A stretch of 64,000 bases of DNA from Vulcanimicrobiota bacterium. GTDB lineage: Bacteria > Vulcanimicrobiota > Vulcanimicrobiia > Vulcanimicrobiales > Vulcanimicrobiaceae. The DNA lies in assembly GCA_963820825.1 (NCBI GenBank), contig CAWGBN010000006.1, positions 480,001-544,000 of the forward strand, in the 5' to 3' direction. The position numbers were made by a program, and so were the translations under genes. The notes under the pieces are model-generated. The model saw nothing but the letters and a program-made list of their open reading frames with translations, was not told the DNA's origin and made no database searches. Position 1 is the stretch's first letter. Each line of letters opens with the position of its first letter. Below, piece by piece: positions 20,892 through 29,121 of the stretch.

Positions 20892-21443
20892 ATGAAAAAA
20901 CTAGGCTACATAGCCGGAGTATGCCTCACGGCGACCTTCTTGGCCGCGTGCAGCGGCGCAAACCAGTCGGTTTCGCCATCGACACCGATGCAATACAATG
21001 TTGAGCGATCGGAAGTTCAGGCTGGCGCCAGCTCGGTGCGTCCGTTATCGTCGCTGAAAGGGGAGACTCTTGCCGCAAGTGACGTCGCGGTCAAAGGGGC
21101 CTGCCCCCAGGCCGTGGCGCAATTCAGCGCGAGCGGCGAAGCGGCTGGACCTTATCCGGGCACCTTTAAAACGACCGGAAGTTGGTACGACACATTCTCT
21201 AATAGGTTCGGGTTTCGATGGCACTTCAAGGAGTCGTTTACGATCACATCTGGGCATAACGCAATCTCCGGCACGATTAGCAAACATCATGGCGGAGAGG
21301 GTGTCGGTCCCATGGATTGCCATCACTTCGGACCGGCCTTTAAAGAGCGTGGGTTAAGGTTCGTGTCCAGGTCACTCGGCATCCGTGGGCTCGCAACGGT
21401 GGGCGACATCAAGAAAGGTTATCTCAAAGAGACCCTTCACTAG
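20892..21443 (+). CDS. Hypothetical lipoprotein
   Basis: MKKLGYIAGVCLTATFLAACSG lipobox. Confidence 0.65.
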   Translation: MKKLGYIAGVCLTATFLAACSGANQSVSPSTPMQYNVERSEVQAGASSVRPLSSLKGETLAASDVAVKGACPQAVAQFSASGEAAGPYPGTFKTTGSWYDTFSNRFGFRWHFKESFTITSGHNAISGTISKHHGGEGVGPMDCHHFGPAFKERGLRFVSRSLGIRGLATVGDIKKGYLKETLH

Positions 21444-21551
21444 ATCTGAGGCGCCGCTGGTCTGGCCCGAGACCGCGCCCTCGGCGCTCTCCTCGTCGGC
21501 AAGGCTTCCATTTGTCCAAGTCGGTTGTCCAAGTGTCCGTTCCGCTGATAA

Positions 21552-22352
21552 GTGCCGCAGCGCCGGGATGCGTGCGGCAAATCGAAAGTCTACGTGGCAG
21601 ATTACCTGGAAAGCGACGTCGAGATCTACTCGCAAGCCGGCAGCAGTCCCACGGCATGCGGAAAGATCACCATGGGCGTCAGCAGCCCGGAGGGCATCTA
21701 CGTTGATGCCAAGAGTACCTTGTACGTCGCGAATTATATCGGTAGTACCGTAACGGAATATCCGCGCGCCGGCAAAGTGCCTGCGATCACGATCTCGACC
21801 ACCGCCCCGCCGTATGACGTTTTCGTTGGTGTCGATCGCACGTTGTACGTTGCGGAGCCCACCCTCGATCAGGTCGCGGAATACGCAGTCGGCACGACGT
21901 CGCCGAGCCTCACGCTGGCGATAAACGGAGGAGCTTATGGAATGGCCACGGATAGGCGTAACAACCTCTACGTGAGCTACCTAAGTAATTCTGACGGCGT
22001 AAGCCACGTTGAAAAGTTCGCACCGGGGGCGACCACCGGAACCGATCTCGGGTTCACGGTATCCTTCGCCGGCGAGCTCAAGCTCGACAAACAAAACGAC
22101 ATCATCATCGGCGATCGCAATAACAACGTCATCGACATCTTTCCGCCGGGCGCAACGACGCCGAGCAGAACCCTCGCAATCGCGGGGAAGCCCGTCTATT
22201 TCTGCTTGAACCAAGCCGAGACGCTGCTCTACGTGAGCGCTCTGAACCAAGTGCAGATTTTCAACTACCAAAGCGGCGCCCCAGTCGGGAGCATCACGAG
22301 CCGCTTACGAGTGCCGTCGGGCATAGCGGCGCGCCGCCCCGCGCCATACTAA
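21552..22352 (+). CDS. NHL/beta-propeller repeat protein, 5' end uncertain
   Basis: Repeats of PEGIYVDAKSTLYVAN / PYDVFVGVDRTLYVAE / AYGMATDRRNNLYVS; no clear start or signal peptide. Confidence 0.65.
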   Translation: MPQRRDACGKSKVYVADYLESDVEIYSQAGSSPTACGKITMGVSSPEGIYVDAKSTLYVANYIGSTVTEYPRAGKVPAITISTTAPPYDVFVGVDRTLYVAEPTLDQVAEYAVGTTSPSLTLAINGGAYGMATDRRNNLYVSYLSNSDGVSHVEKFAPGATTGTDLGFTVSFAGELKLDKQNDIIIGDRNNNVIDIFPPGATTPSRTLAIAGKPVYFCLNQAETLLYVSALNQVQIFNYQSGAPVGSITSRLRVPSGIAARRPAPY

Positions 22353-22436
22353 GAATACCGCCGACGAAGAGCAGCTTCAAACGGCTGCGGATTCCGGTAG
22401 AAGGCTCATCTGCCGAACGTCGGTAAAGAGAGGGGC

Positions 22437-23558
22437 ATGAACTCGCGTATAGTCGTAGCGGTTGCTGCATTCTCCGCCATTCTTGCTGGGTGCTCCGGCC
22501 CGTCGCAATCAAATCTCACTCCGGGGGGCGCACAGAGCGATGCTGGCTTCCGAGCGAAGACCTACACGTACGTCGATCTCGGCCCCGGACCAAATGGGAA
22601 GGATGCGTACGGTTACGGTGAGAGTCCCAGCGCGCAGGCCGGCGCGTACTTCGATCACACGATCTCGTGCGGCAAGGCTTGCTCTGCCAAGGTCTACTAC
22701 CCGCTCGCGTGGTCGGGATCCGGCTCGAGTCCGGTCGTGCTCTTGCCCCAACTCTATGTCGAAGGTTGGGCCTACGGCGCCGGCGGCTCGTCGATCGTCG
22801 GGACCCTCATCACCAATGACGGCGGCTACTTCGGATTTAACCACGCCGCGTTGTGGCAGGGTGCCTCGCATACTTTCACCGACCTCAACCCCGCCGGCAG
22901 TTGCGGAAGCTGTTCGCCGGGATCGAACGCGTACGGCACCAATGGAACGTATATCGTCGGGTCCGGCGGATCGCCGGAACACGCGCTCCTATGGAAGCTC
23001 ACGCAGTTGAAAACGCCGATCGATCTGAATCCGGCCGGCTTTGCATACTCCGAAGCGTACGTGGTGCGCGGCACCGCGCAGGCGGGCTACGCCTACTCGA
23101 GCACGACCTATTCCAACCACGCCGTTCTTTGGCACGGCACCGCCGCGAGTGCGGTCGATCTTACGCCGTCGACTTTGTCGAGCGCCTACGCAACCGGCTT
23201 GGGGCACTTGAGCGAGGTCGGTTGCGGCACGCCCGCCGGAATGTCGGTGAACCACGCGCTTTTGTGGCACGGCACTGCCGCGAGCATGGTCGACCTCCAT
23301 CCCGCAGGCTTTGTCGATTCCTGCGCTCGCGCCGCCCAGGGGAACGTGGAGGTGGGGTACGGACACATCAGCGGCACGGTGCTGCATGCGTTACTCTGGA
23401 GAGGCAGCGCGAAGAGCGCGGTCGACCTCCAGCAGTATTTGCCCGCGAGCACGTTCACGAGTTCGCAGGCATATGCGATCGACACGGGCGGCGACATCCT
23501 CGGCTCCGCATACTCGACGAGCACGCACTCGTGGCACGCGGTGATATGGGTCCCCTGA
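22437..23558 (+). CDS. Lipoprotein with HAF-like extracellular repeats
   Basis: ILAGCSG lipobox; about six repeats of HA(L/V)LWxGxxxSxVDL. Confidence 0.8.
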   Translation: MNSRIVVAVAAFSAILAGCSGPSQSNLTPGGAQSDAGFRAKTYTYVDLGPGPNGKDAYGYGESPSAQAGAYFDHTISCGKACSAKVYYPLAWSGSGSSPVVLLPQLYVEGWAYGAGGSSIVGTLITNDGGYFGFNHAALWQGASHTFTDLNPAGSCGSCSPGSNAYGTNGTYIVGSGGSPEHALLWKLTQLKTPIDLNPAGFAYSEAYVVRGTAQAGYAYSSTTYSNHAVLWHGTAASAVDLTPSTLSSAYATGLGHLSEVGCGTPAGMSVNHALLWHGTAASMVDLHPAGFVDSCARAAQGNVEVGYGHISGTVLHALLWRGSAKSAVDLQQYLPASTFTSSQAYAIDTGGDILGSAYSTSTHSWHAVIWVP

Positions 23559-23605
23559 GCTAGGATCGAGCGCACCGGACGAAACTCGTTAGTTGCTTGG
23601 AGCGC

Positions 23606-24640
23606 TTAGGTCGTCACCGCGACCGCCGGATCGGCCCAGAGGTTCGTGGTTTCCCGAACCACGCGAGCCTCGTCGTGATTCAGATAGCGTGCGGCGCCAC
23701 CTTCCACATATCGCTCGATGCGTGCGACGACCTCGGCCGGGGCAATCATGTCCATGCAGTGCGGCAAGTGGTTCACGACGTCGACGCAGCGCGATCCCGG
23801 TTCGTCCTTGGCGTCACCGTCGCCTAAGCGCTCGGTACGTGCCTTCCAGCACCCGCCGTTATCGCAGCACAGCAGCGAGCCCACCGTGTGGATGAATTGG
23901 TGGTGCGGATAGGCTTCCCAATGCGGCGGTTCGCGCCCACCCGCTACGACGACGCAGGCGCGATTCTTCGGTACTCCGCCCTTGACCTCAACGGCAGCGG
24001 CGAGATGCATGTGCAGCGTTACCGGAGAGAGTACGCCCTGGGCATGATAGGTAAGGCGAAGGAGCTGGCGCAGATCGGTGCGTCCGACGAGATCGATAAC
24101 GCCGCGCAGGTTGGGATGGTAGTGCCGTTCTAGGCCGACCTGGACGAAGAGCACGCGCCCGCGAAGTGCGTCGACGACCGCTTGAAAGCGTTCGTGCGAC
24201 CACCACTTTATGGTGAAGTCGCGCTTGCCGCCGGCGACGACGATCCAAAAGGGCAAGTCGATCCCGACGATCTCCCTGACCTGTGATATCCACGCCTTCT
24301 CGCGCGCTGCGAGGTGAATGTCGCCTTTGAACGCCGTCGTCGCGATGGATACTTCCAGCCGATCGGCGAGAAACGCCGTAAAGCCTTGCACGAAATGGTG
24401 GGGCCGCTGATTGCTGGCGTGGATCAGCGGATAGTGGCACTCGATCTGCTCGGCATCGGGATCGTCGTCGGCAATCGGCGTGACGTACGGGTTGTTCTCC
24501 CAGAGTGGGGCGCACGGGGTGCGTACGTCGGTCAGGAACGCTCCCGGATGGGCCAGATGCAGGTCGCGCACCGCCGCCGTGAGCATGACGATGTCGCCCG
24601 GCGACTGATGGTTTCGAAGGATAAGTTTGCGTGGCGTCAC
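23606..24640 (-). CDS. GT9-family (heptosyltransferase-like) glycosyltransferase
   Basis: GTG start overlapping upstream stop; SPGDIVMLTAAVRDL, LWENNPYV, IDLVGRTDLRQL, HLAAAV, Cys-rich C-terminus CCDNGGCW..C..CMDMIAPAEV. Confidence 0.8.
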   Translation of the reverse strand: MTPRKLILRNHQSPGDIVMLTAAVRDLHLAHPGAFLTDVRTPCAPLWENNPYVTPIADDDPDAEQIECHYPLIHASNQRPHHFVQGFTAFLADRLEVSIATTAFKGDIHLAAREKAWISQVREIVGIDLPFWIVVAGGKRDFTIKWWSHERFQAVVDALRGRVLFVQVGLERHYHPNLRGVIDLVGRTDLRQLLRLTYHAQGVLSPVTLHMHLAAAVEVKGGVPKNRACVVVAGGREPPHWEAYPHHQFIHTVGSLLCCDNGGCWKARTERLGDGDAKDEPGSRCVDVVNHLPHCMDMIAPAEVVARIERYVEGGAARYLNHDEARVVRETTNLWADPAVAVTT

Positions 24641-25749
24641 TGAAGCATTGCGAGTGCCTGTGCGAGATTCCCCTGACCGAGAATGCCGTCGTGTGCCACG
24701 TATGGTGATGGCGTAACGACCTGGTAGTTTGCCGCGAGCGCGTTGTACGGGTCGGCGCCCGAACCGCCGAGCGCGGCCGCGTTTCGGGAGAAAAACGATC
24801 GAATCGTTTGATTGATCGCCGCGTAGTTCGAAGCGTAAAAATCGTCCTGCGTGTTGTAAATGCCGCGGAAGCGGAAACTCGTTTTCAAATAGTTCGACTG
24901 ATCGTCCGCGCTCAGGCCCTGCAGGCTCTGCAGATCGGCGTTCAGCTTCGCGGTAACGTAGGCGGTATTGGCGGCGAGCTCGTTGGAACCGTTGATGGCC
25001 TCGAAGAGAAAGAGTGCCGCCATCGGACTGGGCAGTCGCTGCTGACCGGATTCCGACTCCATCACCGCAATCGATCCTCCGCCGCCGCTGTGCGCGGAGA
25101 GGATTACGCGTGAGATGCTCGGTGCGCTCGACCACACCCCTGCCGAAACGGCCGCGTCGAGGACCTCCGCGATAAAGGCATTGCTGTTAAACGGCGCGCT
25201 TCCGCTAAAGCCCGATAGCAGCGTTCCCTGCGGCAGGATGGCGATCATCGGCCGCCCGGAGCTCACCACTTGGTCTTCGATCTGATCCACCAGAACGTCG
25301 CGCACGGTACCCGCATCCGGAAGTGTCGAGGCGACGCGCTGGCGGTACCCGATATTGTGCCCGTGCAGGTGCAGGAGCACTTCCACACCGTTACTCGCGT
25401 CCAGCGTACTAGGAACGCACAAGATGGCGCGGCCGGTCGCCGATTCGGTCGTCGCCGGATCGGGCGCCGCCGATTGATTGACGTTAGTAAGCCCTTGCAG
25501 GGGAATTCGGCGGACATTGCTCACGGCACGTTCGCCGCTATTCCATCCATCGGCGACCGCGTCACTCCATCCGCCGATTACGGTCTGACTCGATGCTCCA
25601 TCGCTCGAATCGCCGTCGCTCGATCCGCCGTCGCTCGAAGCGCTGTCAGTCGATGCCGCATCGCTCGACGAATCGTCGGCCGCAGAGCTGTCGCTGCTCG
25701 TGGTATCTGATGAGTCACCGTTCGTTGAGCTGTCGTCGTCGAATGTCAT
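24637..25749 (-). CDS. Alpha/beta-hydrolase-fold protein with Asp/Ser-rich N-terminus
   Basis: Start MTFDDDSS (ATGA overlap); LHLHGH, nucleophile motif AHSGGG, FLFEA, late His (VAHD). Confidence 0.7.
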   Translation of the reverse strand: MTFDDDSSTNGDSSDTTSSDSSAADDSSSDAASTDSASSDGGSSDGDSSDGASSQTVIGGWSDAVADGWNSGERAVSNVRRIPLQGLTNVNQSAAPDPATTESATGRAILCVPSTLDASNGVEVLLHLHGHNIGYRQRVASTLPDAGTVRDVLVDQIEDQVVSSGRPMIAILPQGTLLSGFSGSAPFNSNAFIAEVLDAAVSAGVWSSAPSISRVILSAHSGGGGSIAVMESESGQQRLPSPMAALFLFEAINGSNELAANTAYVTAKLNADLQSLQGLSADDQSNYLKTSFRFRGIYNTQDDFYASNYAAINQTIRSFFSRNAAALGGSGADPYNALAANYQVVTPSPYVAHDGILGQGNLAQALAMLQ

Positions 25750-26600
25750 GGTATCGTCCCATTTGCCTTCCATTGCGAGATGAGCTCGTTTGAGGCTTCG
25801 AAGTGCATGCCGTCGGGCGTCGGGTTGAAGCCCGCTCCCCAGAAGAAACTCTCGGCGGCCATGAACGGCGCGAGATCGACGAGTCCCTGCGTGACGGTCG
25901 TCGAGCCGCGCTGCGTGAGCACTCCGCCGATCGTCATATCGATAGCCGTTCCCCAAGAGTGATTCGAGAAGTTGGTCGTGGAGCCGCGCACGTACCGAAC
26001 GCAGAGCATGCCGGCGGTTCCGAGCGCGGCGTAAAGATCGGGCCGCGCGCTTTGCACCGCTGCAAACACGCGCGTCAGCGCATCCACCGCCGGCGATAAG
26101 CCCGTCACGCGGAACGGACCGACGCTGGCCGTCTTCATTAAACTTTGCAATGCCGGCGCCACCGGGCCGCACCCGGGGTCGGGGGTGCCGGGGTTTCCAA
26201 GCGCCGTCAGCATCGTCGCTTGCGAAGCCGAACTCAGGTTGGCGTTGATTCCGCTGGGAATCGGCACGGTTGCGGTGAGGTCGACGCTTGACGAGGTGCT
26301 GGAGGTGCCGGCGTCTGACGAGCCACCGTCCGAGGTGCCGGCGTCCGACGTGCCGGCGTCTGACGAGCCACCGTCCGACGTGCCGGCGTCCGACGTGCCG
26401 GCGTCCGACGTGCCGGCGTCCGAGGTGCCACCATCCGACGCGCTCACCGTTGACGCGTCGTCGCTGGTCGCGCCGTCGCTGGATGCGCCGGCGTCACTGG
26501 AGTCACTGGAATCACTGGAGTCATTACCGTTGCTACCGTTGCCGCCGTCGAACGTGCTGTCCGTTGAGGCGTCGTCGCTGGAGTCGTCTTGGTATGTCAT
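25746..26600 (-). CDS. M15-family Zn peptidoglycan peptidase with Asp/Ser-rich N-terminus
   Basis: R..RG....SNHSWGTAID and DGMHFE motifs of VanY/M15-type peptidases. Confidence 0.85.
   Translation of the reverse strand: MTYQDDSSDDASTDSTFDGGNGSNGNDSSDSSDSSDAGASSDGATSDDASTVSASDGGTSDAGTSDAGTSDAGTSDGGSSDAGTSDAGTSDGGSSDAGTSSTSSSVDLTATVPIPSGINANLSSASQATMLTALGNPGTPDPGCGPVAPALQSLMKTASVGPFRVTGLSPAVDALTRVFAAVQSARPDLYAALGTAGMLCVRYVRGSTTNFSNHSWGTAIDMTIGGVLTQRGSTTVTQGLVDLAPFMAAESFFWGAGFNPTPDGMHFEASNELISQWKANGTIP
26307..26441 (-). repeat. Nine 15-bp tandem repeats encoding (T/S/A)SD(A/G)G
   Basis: Units such as GCCGGCGTCCGACGT on +; protein ASDGG TSDAG TSDAG TSDAG TSDGG SSDAG TSDAG TSDGG SSDAG. Confidence 0.9.
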
Positions 26601-26725
26601 TGCTTGATACTCCGTCGGTTACGTGCGATGTCGCGCTAGGCTCGGGGGCACTCCCTTTTCGGCAGCGACCTCGGCCTGCACTGCTCTTTGGGGATTCTCG
26701 GAAGGCTCGGGCTATGCGCGAATGC

Positions 26726-27235
26726 CTATGGAGCGTGCGAGCGCTGTACGTCGGTATGATAGAGAGCGAGCGTGCCGGCGCCGTAGTGATTCGTGCTATG
26801 CGGGTCGGGGTCGTTCCCCGCCGCTACGCTCTTGTGCACCGTGCCGAATCCGGCATTGTAGGCGATGAACGCAAAGTATAAAATCTCGCTGTTGATGCCG
26901 TTCATGGTCGAGCCGTAACGTTCGCGCAGGAGTAAGCACTCCTTGATTGCCGGAGCGAGAAAGTATTTTGCCCCGACCTCGAGGTTGCTCGCAGGGTCGA
27001 GCATGTTCTGTCCGGTTGCCGTGTAGATGCCGTTGGCGTCGACGCCGTAGGTAATTTGCGCGAGACCCCATCCGCCATCACCACTGCGAGCATCTTTATT
27101 CCCGCCGCTCTCGCGCTCGACGATTGCGGCCAGGGCGCACGGCGGTACGCTCGAGGCGTTGGCGTACTGGTTGACGAGCGCCGCCCACTGGTTGATCGCG
27201 GCGTTTGAGGGATCGCGGTAAGCAACGAAATCCAT
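26726..27235 (-). CDS. SLT-domain lytic transglycosylase
   Basis: Start MDFVAYR after GAGG; AAIVERESGG, GLAQI, NLEVGAKY, AYNAGFG; no signal peptide. Confidence 0.85.
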   Translation of the reverse strand: MDFVAYRDPSNAAINQWAALVNQYANASSVPPCALAAIVERESGGNKDARSGDGGWGLAQITYGVDANGIYTATGQNMLDPASNLEVGAKYFLAPAIKECLLLRERYGSTMNGINSEILYFAFIAYNAGFGTVHKSVAAGNDPDPHSTNHYGAGTLALYHTDVQRSHAP

Positions 27236-27245
27236 AACCTCTTCC

Positions 27246-28160
27246 CTATGGCGATGAGTGCATGTCGTGAGTGGCCGCAAGCGCGGCGGTGACCGTTGCG
27301 GTCGTGAAGATTCGGCGGTCGTCGGCAACGACCGGACTGGTCCGGCAACGGCGATCGTTCCAGCGTTTCGAAGACGGATCGACGACGCGCAGGATCGGCG
27401 ACGACGGCCAGCTGCCGTCGCGAAGCTGAAGCTTGCCCAAGGCGCGAGGCGCCCTCTCGTCGCGGCGGCGCTGCGTCCCATCACGCAAGCGCGCGATGTC
27501 GAGTGCGAGCGCCCGCTCCACGCAGCTTGCGTCCGCTGCCGGGTTCAGCCGCGGAATAGTAAATGCCGGCGCGCCGGGAACGTCGCGCGAGAGCACGAGC
27601 AACTCTCGAGCGAGATAGAGCGCAGACGGCCACCAATACGACGCGGTCTGTTCGCGACGTGCGAGGAAACCCGCGAGCCGAGCGTAACCGCGGCGCATGA
27701 TGACGTGGCCCGACGACAGGAGGCCCGCCATCGCACGCAGCGCGACCGCGGTGACGTCGGGATGGCCGCGGCACCAGCCGCCGCGCGCGTCGCCGGGTGC
27801 ATAGGTCGCAAAGGCGCCGTCGCGCAACTGAAAGCGCGCCAACACCGCATAGTCCCGCAATGCCGGTCTGGCTCCAGCCTGTCGTAAGAACAGAATTGCG
27901 TGCGCCGTCGAGTCGGCATCGGGCGGGCAGTTGCCGTTGTAACCCCAGCCCCCGCGCTCGTGGCGCGACGATTGAATGAAGCGTACGGCCGCCGCCCGGG
28001 CTCGCACGACCCTCGGACCTGGCCAAGCCCCTGCGGCTTGCAGCAAGCGCAGACCGACGTACGCCGTTACCCACGAATCGGAGCGGCCCGGCTTTAAGAG
28101 GAAGTCGCGCCAGGCACCGTCCTCGCTCTGCTGCGCGAGCAGGAACTCGATCGCGGTCAC
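27246..28160 (-). CDS. Prenyltransferase/squalene-cyclase (QW repeat) fold protein
   Basis: QQSEDGAW, GGWGYN..PPDADSTA, QLRDGAF, QLRDGSWP. Confidence 0.75.
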   Translation of the reverse strand: MTAIEFLLAQQSEDGAWRDFLLKPGRSDSWVTAYVGLRLLQAAGAWPGPRVVRARAAAVRFIQSSRHERGGWGYNGNCPPDADSTAHAILFLRQAGARPALRDYAVLARFQLRDGAFATYAPGDARGGWCRGHPDVTAVALRAMAGLLSSGHVIMRRGYARLAGFLARREQTASYWWPSALYLARELLVLSRDVPGAPAFTIPRLNPAADASCVERALALDIARLRDGTQRRRDERAPRALGKLQLRDGSWPSSPILRVVDPSSKRWNDRRCRTSPVVADDRRIFTTATVTAALAATHDMHSSP

Positions 28161-29113
28161 GGTTGCAGCAACGCAAGCGCGCTGATTCCGACGCGCAATT
28201 CGGGTTCGTCTTCGGAACGCTCGACGATGCTCACGATCTCGTGATCGGGTAGACGCTCGTCGGGCACGCCGTCGAGCAGATCGCGGTATGCACCGTGCGA
28301 ACGCCCCGCTCGCGACTGCGCGGCGAGAAAACTCTTTCGAATATGTGCGACGCTACGCAGCGAGCGCGAGCGTACGAACATGGCGAACGCCGCATCGGCT
28401 CCGGGCGTAAGGCTATATCCGAAGTTGACCCAGTTCGTGGCGCTGCGTGCGGGTAAGCCGGAGAGCGCTGCGAAGGCGTCGAGCACCGCCCGCCGGCCGG
28501 GAGCCGCGGCGAGGTAGGCGTAAAACGTTGCGTTTGCGCGTTCGTCCATCGCCGGTTGCCGGAAGTAATACTCCTCCGAGCCACGCAGGCAATCGTATCC
28601 GATCATCATCGCGCGGCTGCTCGGCACGATTTGCCATACGTTCGGCTCGCCGCGCTCGCGTAATACACGCGGAACCTCGATGTACAGCTTCACGCGGACC
28701 GAACTGCCGGCGTGACGGACGCCGATCCATGCGCCCCACCGCAGCGCTCCCGCGGATTGCATGCGCTCCCACGCGCTTCGCCTTTCAGCGGGTACGGCTG
28801 CTCCCAACCGCTCGGCCAACTCGCACGCGGCGCGCAGCCGAAGCCGCTCTTCGACCTCAGGACCGGCGACTTCGGCGGCATAGCGCAGCGCGTCGTCGCG
28901 CGTCGAGAAATCGAATTGCAGAGGACTTCCATCGGTGCTCAACCTGCTGAAGCGCCAGGCGACGCCCGACCACGGCGAACCGGCGAACGCGTCGATGCAA
29001 ATGCGAAGCGTCTCGAGGGCGCCTTCGCGCTCGCCGCTGCGCAGCCGATTGCCGATGCGGGCTGCGACGGCGAGCACGTGTGCCGTTCGTTCGTCGCTCT
29101 CGCAGGCGAGCAT
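28157..29113 (-). CDS. Putative ABBA/DMATS-like aromatic prenyltransferase
   Basis: WRFSRLSTDGSPLQFDFS, LRYAAE, WIG..VKLY resemble DMATS-type motifs. It appears as the tail of ORF 28157..31399 only because of an upstream frameshift. Confidence 0.45.
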   Translation of the reverse strand: MLACESDERTAHVLAVAARIGNRLRSGEREGALETLRICIDAFAGSPWSGVAWRFSRLSTDGSPLQFDFSTRDDALRYAAEVAGPEVEERLRLRAACELAERLGAAVPAERRSAWERMQSAGALRWGAWIGVRHAGSSVRVKLYIEVPRVLRERGEPNVWQIVPSSRAMMIGYDCLRGSEEYYFRQPAMDERANATFYAYLAAAPGRRAVLDAFAALSGLPARSATNWVNFGYSLTPGADAAFAMFVRSRSLRSVAHIRKSFLAAQSRAGRSHGAYRDLLDGVPDERLPDHEIVSIVERSEDEPELRVGISALALLQP

Positions 29114-29121
29114 CGGCGAGG

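Larger units (their letters stand above)
19616..20892 (+). mobile_element. IS3-family insertion sequence
   Basis: TG..CA ends; IRs AGAGGTGGCCTCGGTTAGCTGAACA (19620-19644) and TGTTCAAAAAACCGGCGCCACCTCT (20864-20888), 20/25 match; orfA/orfB; no target duplication seen. Confidence 0.92.

Noticed and set aside
26307..26441. Tandem repeat as a CRISPR or phase-variation tract
   Set aside because: The 15-bp unit is in frame, has synonymous variation and no spacers; it is a coding low-complexity repeat
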